Assembly: GCF_000341395.1 (NCBI RefSeq)
Contig: NC_020304.1
Location: 180,001 to 212,000 of the forward strand
Origin: Desulfocapsa sulfexigens DSM 10523
GTDB taxonomy: Bacteria; Desulfobacterota; Desulfobulbia; Desulfobulbales; Desulfocapsaceae
Length of the DNA: 32,000 bases
Direction: 5' to 3'
Under the pieces are notes generated by a model, which made no database searches, was not told where the DNA came from, and saw only the letters and a list, made by a program, of their open reading frames with translations. Both the position numbers and the translations under genes were made by a program. Each line of letters opens with the position of its first letter. Position 1 is the first letter of the stretch. This document shows, piece after piece, positions 1 to 9,372 of this stretch.

Positions 1-442
1 CTCAGATGCGAAACACTTCACCCGGCCAAACCGGGAAACAATCGTCCGGGCAATCCACGACGCCATTTACGATGCCGAAATCAGTCCACAGGATATCGGC
101 AGCATCAACGCCCACGGCACATCCACTCCGACCGGCGATGCCACTGAGGTTGAGTGCATGCGTGAGGTGTTCGGTAAAGAAATCAGTAAAATTCCGGTTA
201 CAGCCAACAAATCACAGGTTGGACACAGTCTGGGGGCATCGGCTGCCATTGAGGCAGCACTTTCTATTGAAGCGATGAGCCAATCCATACTCCTGCCCAC
301 GGTCAATCATATTCCCGATCCGGCCTTTGCAGATATTGATGTCGTTCCGAGTCAAACCCGTAAGCACTCCTACGAACATATACTTTCCAACTCATTCGGC
401 TTTGGTGGAACCAATTGCTGTATAGTCTTTAAAGGAATCTGA
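1..442 (+). CDS. Beta-ketoacyl-ACP synthase (KS), C-terminal part. The 5' end lies outside the window (reading frame starts at nt 2).
   Basis: Frame +2 is open from the window edge. It reads ...INAHGTSTPTGDATE...KSQVGHSLGASAAIE...NSFGFGGTNCCIVF, which carries both catalytic His motifs (HGT, GHS) and the C-terminal GFGGTN signature of KAS I/II-type condensing enzymes. Stop TGA at 440-442. Confidence 0.9.
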   Translation, partial: SDAKHFTRPNRETIVRAIHDAIYDAEISPQDIGSINAHGTSTPTGDATEVECMREVFGKEISKIPVTANKSQVGHSLGASAAIEAALSIEAMSQSILLPTVNHIPDPAFADIDVVPSQTRKHSYEHILSNSFGFGGTNCCIVFKGI

Positions 443-447
443 GTACC

Positions 448-930
448 ATGCGACCAAAGCCATTTATCCCCGAGCTTCTCCCTCAGCACCCCAATCATGT
501 AAAAGATAGGAACAGTGGTCTGATCTGGCACAAAAGCGAAATGCGTACCCTCTATGTGGATACTGACAGGTCCCAGGTTGTTTACCATGCCAACTATCTG
601 CGATATTTTGAATTTGGCCGGGCAGAACTTATGCGGGGGGCCAACTATCCCTACAAGAAGATCGAAGAAAGTGGCTACGTCTATCCCATCATCAAGACTG
701 AACTCAACTATTTCACCCCGCTCTTCTATGACGATCTCATGTATATCCACACCCGGCCTTCCAGCATCGAACTGGTTAAACTGCAGTTTGACTATCTGAT
801 CACCCGGGCGTCAGACGGTGAGATTATCTGTACCGGTTTCACCAAGCATTGCGCAATCAACAGTGACGGAATTCCGGTCAAGATCGATGAGAAAACAATC
901 AAACTCTGGGAAAGTTTTCCAACAGAATAA
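448..930 (+). CDS. 4HBT/YbgC-type acyl-CoA (acyl-ACP) thioesterase
   Basis: The ATG lies 5 nt after the KS stop. YVDTDRSQVVYHANYLRYFEFGRAELMR is the typical hot-dog 4HBT motif with a catalytic Asp. The stop overlaps the next start (TAATG). Confidence 0.85.
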   Translation: MRPKPFIPELLPQHPNHVKDRNSGLIWHKSEMRTLYVDTDRSQVVYHANYLRYFEFGRAELMRGANYPYKKIEESGYVYPIIKTELNYFTPLFYDDLMYIHTRPSSIELVKLQFDYLITRASDGEIICTGFTKHCAINSDGIPVKIDEKTIKLWESFPTE

Positions 931-1772
931 TGACAAGCCGTCAAGCTGTTCACATTCCCGTTCATCCCTGGTTCAAAGATCATCATTTTAATGGACAGAC
1001 AATTTTACCGGCGGTTGAGAGCATGCTTCTCCTTGCTGAAGTTGCTAAGAAAATACAACCTGACATTCAGATATGTACGATGACAGAGGCACATTTTTCC
1101 AAATTTCTGCCCATCCCCGCAAACGCAACGGAGTTATCAGTCCTGGTGGAGATTGATGCAGGTGAAGAGGTACTTCGCCTCAAGCTGCTCAGTAAAATGC
1201 AACTCAAAAAAATCAGCAGAATTAAAGAGCATGCCGAGCTATGCTTTCCTCTAAAAGAACCTACCATAGAGACTGTTACGCAAAACAGTGCAACGGACAG
1301 CCATATTGAAATAGGAGCCGATAGAATCTATAGAGAACTTGTTCCCTTCGGTCCAAGTTACCGCAGCCTTACAGGGACATTGCAGATATGCGGCAATACC
1401 GCCTGTGGTACCCTCCAGGCCCCAACACTTACACACCAGCATGTGATGGAAAAGGATATAGGATCTCCTTTTCCACTTGATGGTGCCATGCACGCCGCCT
1501 GCGTACTGGGACAATGCCTTGCAGATTTTGTCCCTTTCCCCGTCGGCTTTGCCACACGCTGCATTCACAGCCCAACACGGGCGGGTCAGCAGTACAGCAC
1601 CACAGTACTTGCCCGGTCAGTAACAAAAGATGAACTGCTCTTTGATTTATCTATTTTTGATACAAAGGGAAATATCTGCGAAACGATCAGAGGATTGCGG
1701 ATGCGCGATGTGAGCCGAGGGACAATCAGGTCTCCCCTGGATTTACCCAGGCAGAAAGTTTCTCAACCATAA
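930..1772 (+). CDS. Stand-alone polyketide-synthase-type dehydratase (PS-DH double hot-dog)
   Basis: Three PKS DH motifs are present: HHFNGQTILP (HxxxGxxxxP), FGPSYRSL (the YGPxF-like motif) and LDGAMHAA (DxxxH/Q). The start is coupled to the thioesterase stop by a 1-nt overlap. Confidence 0.8.
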   Translation: MTSRQAVHIPVHPWFKDHHFNGQTILPAVESMLLLAEVAKKIQPDIQICTMTEAHFSKFLPIPANATELSVLVEIDAGEEVLRLKLLSKMQLKKISRIKEHAELCFPLKEPTIETVTQNSATDSHIEIGADRIYRELVPFGPSYRSLTGTLQICGNTACGTLQAPTLTHQHVMEKDIGSPFPLDGAMHAACVLGQCLADFVPFPVGFATRCIHSPTRAGQQYSTTVLARSVTKDELLFDLSIFDTKGNICETIRGLRMRDVSRGTIRSPLDLPRQKVSQP

Positions 1773-2088
1773 CCCGACTGAGCCAGCGAAAAAAGATTAT
1801 GGTATATTTTGCACCTGAAAAATACATCCCAAGCCCGAAGACAGGAAAAGACAGGCCATAGGCCAGCGGCCCACCAATAACTGCGAGTAGAGGTTCATTA
1901 AATTTTATGGCCAGTACTCCCAGAACGGCAACGGCTGGCCAGCCCAGGAGAGATCCTAGAATAATTAACAGAACACCAGTAATGACCTCCAGAGAAGGTT
2001 TTTCTTTAAATGGTGTAAGATCTGCCTGCTCCTCAATGGCAATCCGTACAAACTCGATATCGGCAATTTTTTGTATGAGCTTTTTCAT
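1726..2088 (-). CDS. Small hypothetical membrane protein (2-3 TM)
   Basis: ATG start. Hydrophobic helices GVLLIILGSLLGWPAVAVLGVLAI and LAVIGGPLAYGLSFPVFGLGMYF. The antisense ORF (1907..2134) looks like junk. The 3' end overlaps the dehydratase 3' end by 47 nt. Confidence 0.5.
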   Translation of the reverse strand: MKKLIQKIADIEFVRIAIEEQADLTPFKEKPSLEVITGVLLIILGSLLGWPAVAVLGVLAIKFNEPLLAVIGGPLAYGLSFPVFGLGMYFSGAKYTIIFFRWLSRVMVEKLSAWVNPGET

Positions 2089-2130
2089 GATTTTCCATAC
2101 TCACATCTTCCACAAGAGCATGACTCTGAT

Positions 2131-2847
2131 ATGACCACTCTATCTGATCCATGGTCTTTTTTCGATCAAATCTATTGTATCTCAATAGATACCCGGTATG
2201 ACCGAAGAACAGAAGCCAAAAATCACTTTTCCGAGGCGGGTCTCCTGGATCGGGTGGAATTTATTCTGGTCACAAAACATCCGAACAACCCGGAAAAAGG
2301 CATTTTTGAATCTCATATGAACTGCCTAAAAAAAGGCCTGGAGGCAGGAGCCAAAAATATACTGGTCTTTGAAGACGATGTCTTCTTTCAAAACTATCAT
2401 CCGGAAAAGCTCACTGATGCCGTACGTTTTTTAAAAAACAAGAAGAACTGGAACGGCTTTTTTCTTGGTGCAATCATCGGTAAAATAATGCAGACGGAGG
2501 TGCAATCCGTGGTAAAAATTCAGTATAGTTGCCTCGCCCATGCCTATGCACTTAACCGTTCCTTTGCAAGAGAATTTGTTCAGGAACCATGGAACAACCT
2601 CCCCTATGACAATCTGTTAAAAAAAAGGGGCAAAGAGTTTTATGCACTTTCGCCCATGATAGCATTCCAGGGCAGGGCCAGCAGTGACAACAAAACTGTT
2701 TTTCTGGATAGAATGCGCCGCGCTTTTGGCGGCCTGCCTTTTATTCAACGGGTCAGTGAATTCTACCAATATCATAAGCGTATCCTTGTCTACAGCCATG
2801 TTATTCTAGCATTTCTACTCCTCACCCTGCTTGGCATCCTTCTCTAG
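2131..2847 (+). CDS. Glycosyltransferase family 25-like protein with a C-terminal TM anchor
   Basis: IYCISIDTRYDRRTEAKNHFSEAGL...ILVFEDDVFF resembles the GT25 (LPS glycosyltransferase) N-terminal pattern. I prefer the ATG at 2131 over the TTG at 2071, which would overlap the divergent gene. C-terminal helix ILAFLLLTLLGILL. Confidence 0.55.
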   Translation: MTTLSDPWSFFDQIYCISIDTRYDRRTEAKNHFSEAGLLDRVEFILVTKHPNNPEKGIFESHMNCLKKGLEAGAKNILVFEDDVFFQNYHPEKLTDAVRFLKNKKNWNGFFLGAIIGKIMQTEVQSVVKIQYSCLAHAYALNRSFAREFVQEPWNNLPYDNLLKKRGKEFYALSPMIAFQGRASSDNKTVFLDRMRRAFGGLPFIQRVSEFYQYHKRILVYSHVILAFLLLTLLGILL

Positions 2848-2991
2848 ACACCTGCCCGAATTGCTACAACTCTCTTAAAATCTCCTGATACTCTGAACAA
2901 AATATGTTTTTAAATACAGGGGAAACTGGTATAAAATAAATCGCTGGAGAGAGTAATATCATTAAGGTTTGAGTCTTTTCTCAGGGGCACC

Positions 2992-5064
2992 ATGCCAATC
3001 ACATTAAATAGTAAAAAAACAGACATTCTCCTCATGATACTCCTCGTCACTATTCTGTCTGTTTTTATTGTTTTCTGGGAAAGGCAGATTTTAGTCCAAG
3101 ATCGGAACAATCTAAAGGATAATGCCCAGGTTATTGCAAGTTCTTTATGGAATTTGGATTCCTCTGAGCCCAGAGCCTACCTCGAACTTGCAGCAAAACT
3201 CCAAAATCTTGAGCATATTGCCGTTTTTACTGCCTTCAACGAAGTCTTCGTAGAGATGAGCGGCCCAAAACCCGGTTTTATGGATATAGCCCTGGAATCC
3301 ACTGGCCTGATTCCAAAAATCAAGCTGGAAAGCAAAGTGTTATACCGGGGTAACGTGATCGGGCGAATTGAGGCGGTCCATCGCCATAGCACCATCTATC
3401 TCTACTTCAACATTTTCATTATGATGGGGCTCGTGCTTTTAGCCTCACGACTGTACCTGCGTGTTATGGAGGCTAGAAAGGCCCTTGAACTCAGAGTGGA
3501 AGAAAGGACGTCTGATCTGGTCTCGGCAAAAAAGGCTCTTGCAGAAGAAAAGGAGCAATTGTCAGTCACCCTGCGCAGTATCGGTGATGGGGTCATTACT
3601 ACAGACATAAACGGCACTATTGTTTTGATCAATAAGGTTGCCGAGGAATTCACCGGCTGGAGCCATGAAGAGGCTACCGGGAAACCATTGAGCGAGATTT
3701 TTCATATCATAAACGAAGAAACCAGAAAACAATGTGACAACCCGGCAGACAAAGTATTGAAAAGTGGGGGGAACATAACTCTTGCCAATCATACCGTTCT
3801 AATATCAAGGGATGGTTCAGAGCGCAGCATTGCTGACAGTGGGGCACCCATCAGAAATCAGCACAGTGAAATTATAGGTGTTGTTCTTGTCTTTCGCGAT
3901 GTAACCGAAAAATTAAAAAGTGAGCAGGAACTGGCAAATATCGAAAAACTTAAGTCTGTGGGCTTGCTGGCGGGTGGCATTGCTCACGATTTTAACAATA
4001 TTCTGGTTGCCATCCTTGGAAATATCAATCTGGCCCTGCAACACACAAAAATTGACAATGAGGCTCATTCCCTGTTGCAAAAGGCTGAAAAGGCCTCACT
4101 TCGGGCCAGAGATCTCACCCAGCAACTGCTGACCTTTGCAAAAGGCGGAGAGCCGGTCAAAGAGCTGTCATTAATTCAGGAAGTCATCGAGGAATCGTCA
4201 AGCTTTGTCTTACGGGGAAGTAATGTCCGCTGTGAGTACACATGGGATACGGATTTATATGCTGTTAACGTTGACCAGGGACAGATTTCACAAGTTATTC
4301 AGAATGTGGTCATTAACGCTAATCAAGCCATGCCTGAAGGGGGAATTATTCACGTTAGGGGTGTTAACGTCAGTCATGATGAGGCTTTGAACCTGGACCT
4401 GCCTCCTCAGGAGTATATCAAAATAACCATTGCTGATAACGGTCCCGGTATAAAAAAAGATCAACTGGATAAAATATTTGACCCCTATTTCACCACAAAA
4501 AAAACAGGGAGTGGATTAGGCCTTGCTGTCAGCCACTCTATCATCGTCAAGCATGAAGGACGTATGATAGCAGAATCTGAGCCGGACAAAGGAAGCACCT
4601 TTACAATCTACCTTCCGGCAGAGAAAATTCACATTCCACATCCAGTTCCTGCAACTCCAATAAAAGATCAAAAAAAGTTGAATGGTCATGGTCAAATCCG
4701 AATAATGATTATGGATGATGACGAGATGGTGCAATTAGTATCAAAAGATATGTTAAACCACCTCGGTTATGACGTAGTACTGGCCAATCATGGTGAGGAA
4801 GCCATCGCCCTTTTTGAAGAAAGTATGGAAAACAACGCCCCCATTGACCTGATCATTATGGATTTAACAATTCCAGGGGCTATGGGAGGACAGGAGGCGG
4901 TTGGAAAAATTCATGCTATCGATCCTCATGCTAAGGTCATCGTCTCCAGTGGCTATTCCAATGACCCTATCATGACTAACTATAAAGCGTATGGGTTTCT
5001 GGCCACTGTTACAAAACCCTTCCAGCTTCAGGATCTGAAGAATGTGGTGCGCCGCCTTCTATAG
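2992..5064 (+). CDS. Hybrid sensor histidine kinase/response regulator (2 TM sensor - PAS - HisKA - HATPase - REC)
   Basis: Two TM helices. PAS region (SIGDGVITTDINGTIVLINKVAEEFTGW). H-box GGIAHDFNNIL. G1 DNGPGI and G2 GSGLGL. C-terminal receiver (DLIIMDLTIPG...KPF). Confidence 0.92.
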   Translation: MPITLNSKKTDILLMILLVTILSVFIVFWERQILVQDRNNLKDNAQVIASSLWNLDSSEPRAYLELAAKLQNLEHIAVFTAFNEVFVEMSGPKPGFMDIALESTGLIPKIKLESKVLYRGNVIGRIEAVHRHSTIYLYFNIFIMMGLVLLASRLYLRVMEARKALELRVEERTSDLVSAKKALAEEKEQLSVTLRSIGDGVITTDINGTIVLINKVAEEFTGWSHEEATGKPLSEIFHIINEETRKQCDNPADKVLKSGGNITLANHTVLISRDGSERSIADSGAPIRNQHSEIIGVVLVFRDVTEKLKSEQELANIEKLKSVGLLAGGIAHDFNNILVAILGNINLALQHTKIDNEAHSLLQKAEKASLRARDLTQQLLTFAKGGEPVKELSLIQEVIEESSSFVLRGSNVRCEYTWDTDLYAVNVDQGQISQVIQNVVINANQAMPEGGIIHVRGVNVSHDEALNLDLPPQEYIKITIADNGPGIKKDQLDKIFDPYFTTKKTGSGLGLAVSHSIIVKHEGRMIAESEPDKGSTFTIYLPAEKIHIPHPVPATPIKDQKKLNGHGQIRIMIMDDDEMVQLVSKDMLNHLGYDVVLANHGEEAIALFEESMENNAPIDLIIMDLTIPGAMGGQEAVGKIHAIDPHAKVIVSSGYSNDPIMTNYKAYGFLATVTKPFQLQDLKNVVRRLL

Positions 5065-5128
5065 GATATTGTTCGTTTTCATTTCAGGCAGTTCTGCCTA
5101 CTCTCTGCATTCCCGGGAAGAGTAACTG

Positions 5129-5851
5129 CTAAAACTTCACATCATCATGATGTTTGTTGTATTTCTCTGCCAGATCCATACGTTGCCGAGAAAAAAACGC
5201 ATAATATGGTATAGCTGGAACAGGGGCATCCAGGACATCTATGCTGTCTCCAAGACCTAATTTCTTAATTGACTCCATAATTCCTGTTCGCCCTGGATAA
5301 ATAAAACCATCAAGCTCTCCGTCAGCTAACTTTGACAGGGAAAAATTGACTAAATCCCTATCCTTGATCATGGCCAGACGTAACTGCGGAAATTCCTTTG
5401 CAATATTGTGAGCAAGTCTGTGCCCGTGTATAACCCCTATTTTCGCCAAAGGCTCCAGGTCAGCCCATGTTTCAATTTTTTGAATATTGACGTCCTTTCT
5501 CAGGCAAACAACGGGTTTTTTCAAGAAAATAGGTTTCGCTGGGAAGATCCCAATCATTTCCCGTTCTGTATTTTTTGATGCGACAGATATGGCATCTATA
5601 TTATGATTTTTTATATACATAATGAGTCTGGCCGGGGGAATTGGTCCAATCCATTTTATGGAGACACCCATCCGTTTAGCTATTTTTTGCCAATATTCAA
5701 CCAATGCTCCGGTCGGCTTCCCAGAATCCTCATTCATTTCTATCAAGCCACTCAACTGACTAAACCCCACTTTCATCTCTTCTGCCAACAGGGGTGATTG
5801 GAACAGAACAAGACAAAGCAGTGAGAAGAAAAAAGTGTGTATTTTTTTCAT
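5129..5851 (-). CDS. Periplasmic solute-binding protein, family 3 (amino-acid ABC/sensor-associated SBP-like)
   Basis: Signal peptide MKKIHTFFFSLLCLVLFQSPLLA. The size (240 aa) and the alternating pattern are typical of SBP_bac_3. It is convergent with the histidine kinase. Confidence 0.75.
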   Translation of the reverse strand: MKKIHTFFFSLLCLVLFQSPLLAEEMKVGFSQLSGLIEMNEDSGKPTGALVEYWQKIAKRMGVSIKWIGPIPPARLIMYIKNHNIDAISVASKNTEREMIGIFPAKPIFLKKPVVCLRKDVNIQKIETWADLEPLAKIGVIHGHRLAHNIAKEFPQLRLAMIKDRDLVNFSLSKLADGELDGFIYPGRTGIMESIKKLGLGDSIDVLDAPVPAIPYYAFFSRQRMDLAEKYNKHHDDVKF

Positions 5852-6326
5852 AGTAAGAACCAGTACTGTTTTATAAACTCAGAAACTTGAGTTGTTAATG
5901 AATAGCCTCTATTTGATACTTTCTGACACCCCATATTTTCCCTGGCAAAGGGAAACAAATTCCAATACGTTGCAATGCTTTCTCGTTCATTTAATCACAA
6001 ATCAACTGTTATTGACAGAAATTCTCCAGGAAATTAAGCAGTAGATACTCATCACAGGACAAGACAAAATCCAGGTAACCTGACTCTGCTTTACCCTTTT
6101 TTAATACCTATCACCGATAACGAAAGCAGCATCACTTCCATAATTTCTATTGATTTTTTTTACTACAACGTAGGAAAGTGCAAAAATTCCTCGTCAAAAT
6201 TTCACTGTTCATGGTAGCTTGAAGCATTTAAATTTACAGGAAACTTCAATATAATAGAGTAATAATATTTACAGATAACCCCTCCTCTCAAAGCACACTC
6301 CGGAATACCGGATACAACAGGTAAAA

Positions 6327-9300
6327 TTGTTTAACTATCGTCTCCTCACAGTTGTTTTCATTATGATATTCGGTGTTACCGTGACAGCCTTCCTGCGTCT
6401 GGATATCGATACGGATATCGTACGCTCTCTGCCATCCGGGCAAACGGTTATCAGCGATGCTCTGGAGATTTTCACCAGTCATCCCATTCATGACCAGATT
6501 GCCATTGATATCAGTGTAGAAAGCGACAACAGAGATATCCTTGTTGACTGTGGCAAATACATAGAGGAGGGGCTCCGATCAAGCAATCTCTTTGCTGAAG
6601 TGGGAACCGACGCAATCACGACTCTTATTCCTGAGCTTGCCCTCCATGTAGCTGGCAATCTGCCCATCCTCTTTTCTTCACAGGAACTGGAGCAAATGAT
6701 AGCTCCCCGACTTGAAAAAAGATTTATTGGACAACGCTTTGAAGATATCCTCCTCAAACTGAGTAGTCTTGAAGGTATAGGACAGAGTCAGTTATTACAA
6801 TCCGATCCTCTGGGCTTTATGGAACCGATAATGGCGAAGATGGCAATGCTCACGCCACTCCCAGGTACCTCGATATACAAGGGCTTTGTATTTTCCCCGG
6901 ACAGGCGTCATCTTCTGGTAACAGCACGTCCGGGCAGTGCCGGGAGTAACACGGCCTCGGCCAGACAGATTGCAGAGCTTCTGGATGATCTCAGCACAGG
7001 GCTGACTAATAAATACAGTTCCAGTGGTATTACACCAATCCTCACTCCCGTAGGAGCATACCGGGCAGCGCTGGACAACGAATCTATCATCCGCCATGAT
7101 GTGAACCTGGCCCTGGCTCTCTCGATGGCGGGTATCGGACTGTTGCTCTTTGTTGCCTTTCCCCGTCCCCTGCTGGGCCTTTTCTCCCTGCTGCCAGCCC
7201 TTGCCGGAACAGCGTCAGCCCTGTGTATTTTTTCATTGTTTCATCAATCAATCTCCATCATGGTACTCGGTTTTGGAGGGGCTATTATTTCCATCACCGT
7301 GGATCATGGTATTGCCTATCTGCTCTTTCTTGACCGTCCTCAAGAAACAAAAGGAAAAGAGGCATCGAGCGAAGTTCGGGCAATCGGGATACTGGCGGTT
7401 CTCACCACATGTGGAGCTTTTCTCACCCTCAGTTTCAGCGGCTTTCCAATCTTCGTCCAGCTTGGGCAATTCACGGCCATGGGGGTACTCCTCTCCTTTC
7501 TTTTCGTCCATTTTATCTTCCCCCGCATAACCCCTTCCATGGCTGCAGCCAGCAGACAGAATCTTCCTCTACGGCGATTTGTCGATACGCTGTACAGCAC
7601 TGGACGCCCCGGAGCAATTGCTGCAACCCTTCTCGCGGCCTCACTACTCTTTTTTGCACGCCCCGACTTCAATGTAAGCCTTGAAAGCATGAACACCGTA
7701 AGCAGCGAAACCCGTGCGGCAGACAGTCTTTTCTCCATGGTATGGGGGGATATGGGCACAAAAGTTGTACTTATGACCAGAGGAGAGGCCGCAGAAATCC
7801 AACGGAAAAACGATAGAATTCTAATGCAGATTGAGTCGAACATGGCATCTGGAACAATCAGCTCCGCCTTTGTCCCATCCATGATCTTTCCAGGGCCGGA
7901 ACTTGCCGCTCGTAATTTTGATGCCTGGAAGAAATTCTGGACGAAGGAGCGCCATGAAAATCTGCAGGAGAGTTTGAGCTCAAATGGCAAGTCTCTTGGC
8001 TTTGCAGAGGATGCTTTTGCTCACTTTCTCCGCCTTACTGGGAATCCGCAAAAAATTTCCAGCACAGAGATTCCTCAAAAATTTTACAAGCTCCTGGGGC
8101 TCTCAAAGAAGGATAGCCAGCTGACCCAGTTTATTACCATCACTCCCGGGACAAACTATAACAGTGACGATTTTTACAGCCTCTATGGCCGGGAAGGTAA
8201 ACTCTTTGACGGTCCCTACTTCTCTGAACAACTGGCAAAAATTCTCTTTCACAGCTTTACCACAATGCTTGCAATCATAGCCATCAGCATTGTGGTTCTA
8301 CTCCTCTTCTTCTTTGCCAGCTGGCAGCTGACACTTATCACGCTTATCCCTCCGCTTTTTTCCTATATCTGCACTCTCGGTACCATGAAACTGATCGGCC
8401 ATTCCCTCGACATTCCAGGGCTGATGCTTTCCATCGTTATTCTTGGCATGGGGATAGACTATTCAATTTTCTTTGTCCGGGCCCATCAGCGCTACCGCGT
8501 TCCAGATCATCCATCATTCAGTCTTGTGCGCATGGCCGTTTTTATGGCAGGTGCATCCACTGTGATCGGATTCGGGGTTCTCTGTCTCGCTGAACATTCA
8601 CTCCTTCGATCCATCGGGGTCACATCACTCCTGGGCATCGGCTACTCACTCCTTGGTGCATTCCTCCTGCTGCCACCTCTCCTTCAATTCTATTTTTCAA
8701 AGCAGAAAGGAAGCAGTCCTCCCGAGCTGTCTCTTAGTAAACGGGTACGAAACAGATACCGCCTGATGGAGGCTTATCCTCGGATGTTTGCCCGCTTCAA
8801 GCTGCAGTCAGACCCGATGTTTACAGACCTGCCGCAACTCCTTGCAGCTGATCGTGACAGCGTAAAAACCATTCTTGATATAGGCTGTGGATACGGTGTT
8901 CCCGGCTGCTGGTGTCTGGAATATTTCCCGGAGTCCAGAGTTTTCGGTCTTGATCCTGATGGTGAACGGGTCCGGGTGGCGGCACTCGCCATGGGAGAGC
9001 AGGGAGAGATTTTAGAGGATATGGCACCGGATCTGCCCATCGTACCCAACCCGCCGGATCTGATTCTGCTGCTTGACATGCTTCACTATCTTGACGATAA
9101 AAGCATACTGATACTTTTTCAAAAATGTTTCCAAATGCTTAATGACCAGGGCCTGCTCGTAACACGCTTTGTCATCAGACCGAATGGTGTCCCATCATGG
9201 TCATGGAAGCTCGAAGACCGTCGCGTCCGTTTTTCTGGAGGAGAGGCACATTACCGTACAGCACAGAGGATGGCTCATCTTCTGGAAAAAACAGGATTCA

Positions 9301-9371
9301 GGATAGAAACAAAAAAAACAACAGAAACAAATGCAGAACTCATCTGGCTCATTGGCCGTACCCATAAATAA
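6327..9371 (+). CDS. MMPL/RND-type lipid exporter fused to a C-terminal class I SAM-dependent methyltransferase
   Basis: Two 6-TM bundles carry MMPL-like motifs (VLGFGGAIISITVDHGIAYL; ILGMGIDYSIFFVRAH) separated by large soluble loops. Residues from about 800 to 1014 carry SAM motif I (ILDIGCGYGVPG) and a post-I acidic residue (VFGLDPD). TTG at 6327 is the only usable start that leaves the first TM helix intact. Confidence 0.85.
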   Translation: MFNYRLLTVVFIMIFGVTVTAFLRLDIDTDIVRSLPSGQTVISDALEIFTSHPIHDQIAIDISVESDNRDILVDCGKYIEEGLRSSNLFAEVGTDAITTLIPELALHVAGNLPILFSSQELEQMIAPRLEKRFIGQRFEDILLKLSSLEGIGQSQLLQSDPLGFMEPIMAKMAMLTPLPGTSIYKGFVFSPDRRHLLVTARPGSAGSNTASARQIAELLDDLSTGLTNKYSSSGITPILTPVGAYRAALDNESIIRHDVNLALALSMAGIGLLLFVAFPRPLLGLFSLLPALAGTASALCIFSLFHQSISIMVLGFGGAIISITVDHGIAYLLFLDRPQETKGKEASSEVRAIGILAVLTTCGAFLTLSFSGFPIFVQLGQFTAMGVLLSFLFVHFIFPRITPSMAAASRQNLPLRRFVDTLYSTGRPGAIAATLLAASLLFFARPDFNVSLESMNTVSSETRAADSLFSMVWGDMGTKVVLMTRGEAAEIQRKNDRILMQIESNMASGTISSAFVPSMIFPGPELAARNFDAWKKFWTKERHENLQESLSSNGKSLGFAEDAFAHFLRLTGNPQKISSTEIPQKFYKLLGLSKKDSQLTQFITITPGTNYNSDDFYSLYGREGKLFDGPYFSEQLAKILFHSFTTMLAIIAISIVVLLLFFFASWQLTLITLIPPLFSYICTLGTMKLIGHSLDIPGLMLSIVILGMGIDYSIFFVRAHQRYRVPDHPSFSLVRMAVFMAGASTVIGFGVLCLAEHSLLRSIGVTSLLGIGYSLLGAFLLLPPLLQFYFSKQKGSSPPELSLSKRVRNRYRLMEAYPRMFARFKLQSDPMFTDLPQLLAADRDSVKTILDIGCGYGVPGCWCLEYFPESRVFGLDPDGERVRVAALAMGEQGEILEDMAPDLPIVPNPPDLILLLDMLHYLDDKSILILFQKCFQMLNDQGLLVTRFVIRPNGVPSWSWKLEDRRVRFSGGEAHYRTAQRMAHLLEKTGFRIETKKTTETNAELIWLIGRTHK

Positions 9372-9372
9372 A

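Noticed and set aside
2071-2130. TTG start at 2071 for the GT25-like gene.
   Set aside because: It would overlap the divergent membrane-protein gene start (2088). The ATG at 2131 gives a conventional N-terminus just before the conserved IYCISI segment.
5065-5128. AGGCAG-tt-CTGCCT hairpin between the convergent histidine kinase and SBP genes, considered as a terminator.
   Set aside because: The loop is too small, leaving an effective stem of about 5 bp, and there is no flanking T-run. This is insufficient for a confident terminator call.
7340-7990. 216-aa minus-strand ORF inside the MMPL gene. Similar long antisense ORFs occur at 27825-28478, 15687-16268, 12767-13183, 370-750, 9682-10122 and 21391-21756.
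   Set aside because: Each lies fully antisense to a gene with clear family motifs. Their translations are Arg/Ser/Pro-rich and low in complexity with no recognisable domain, which is typical of shadow ORFs.
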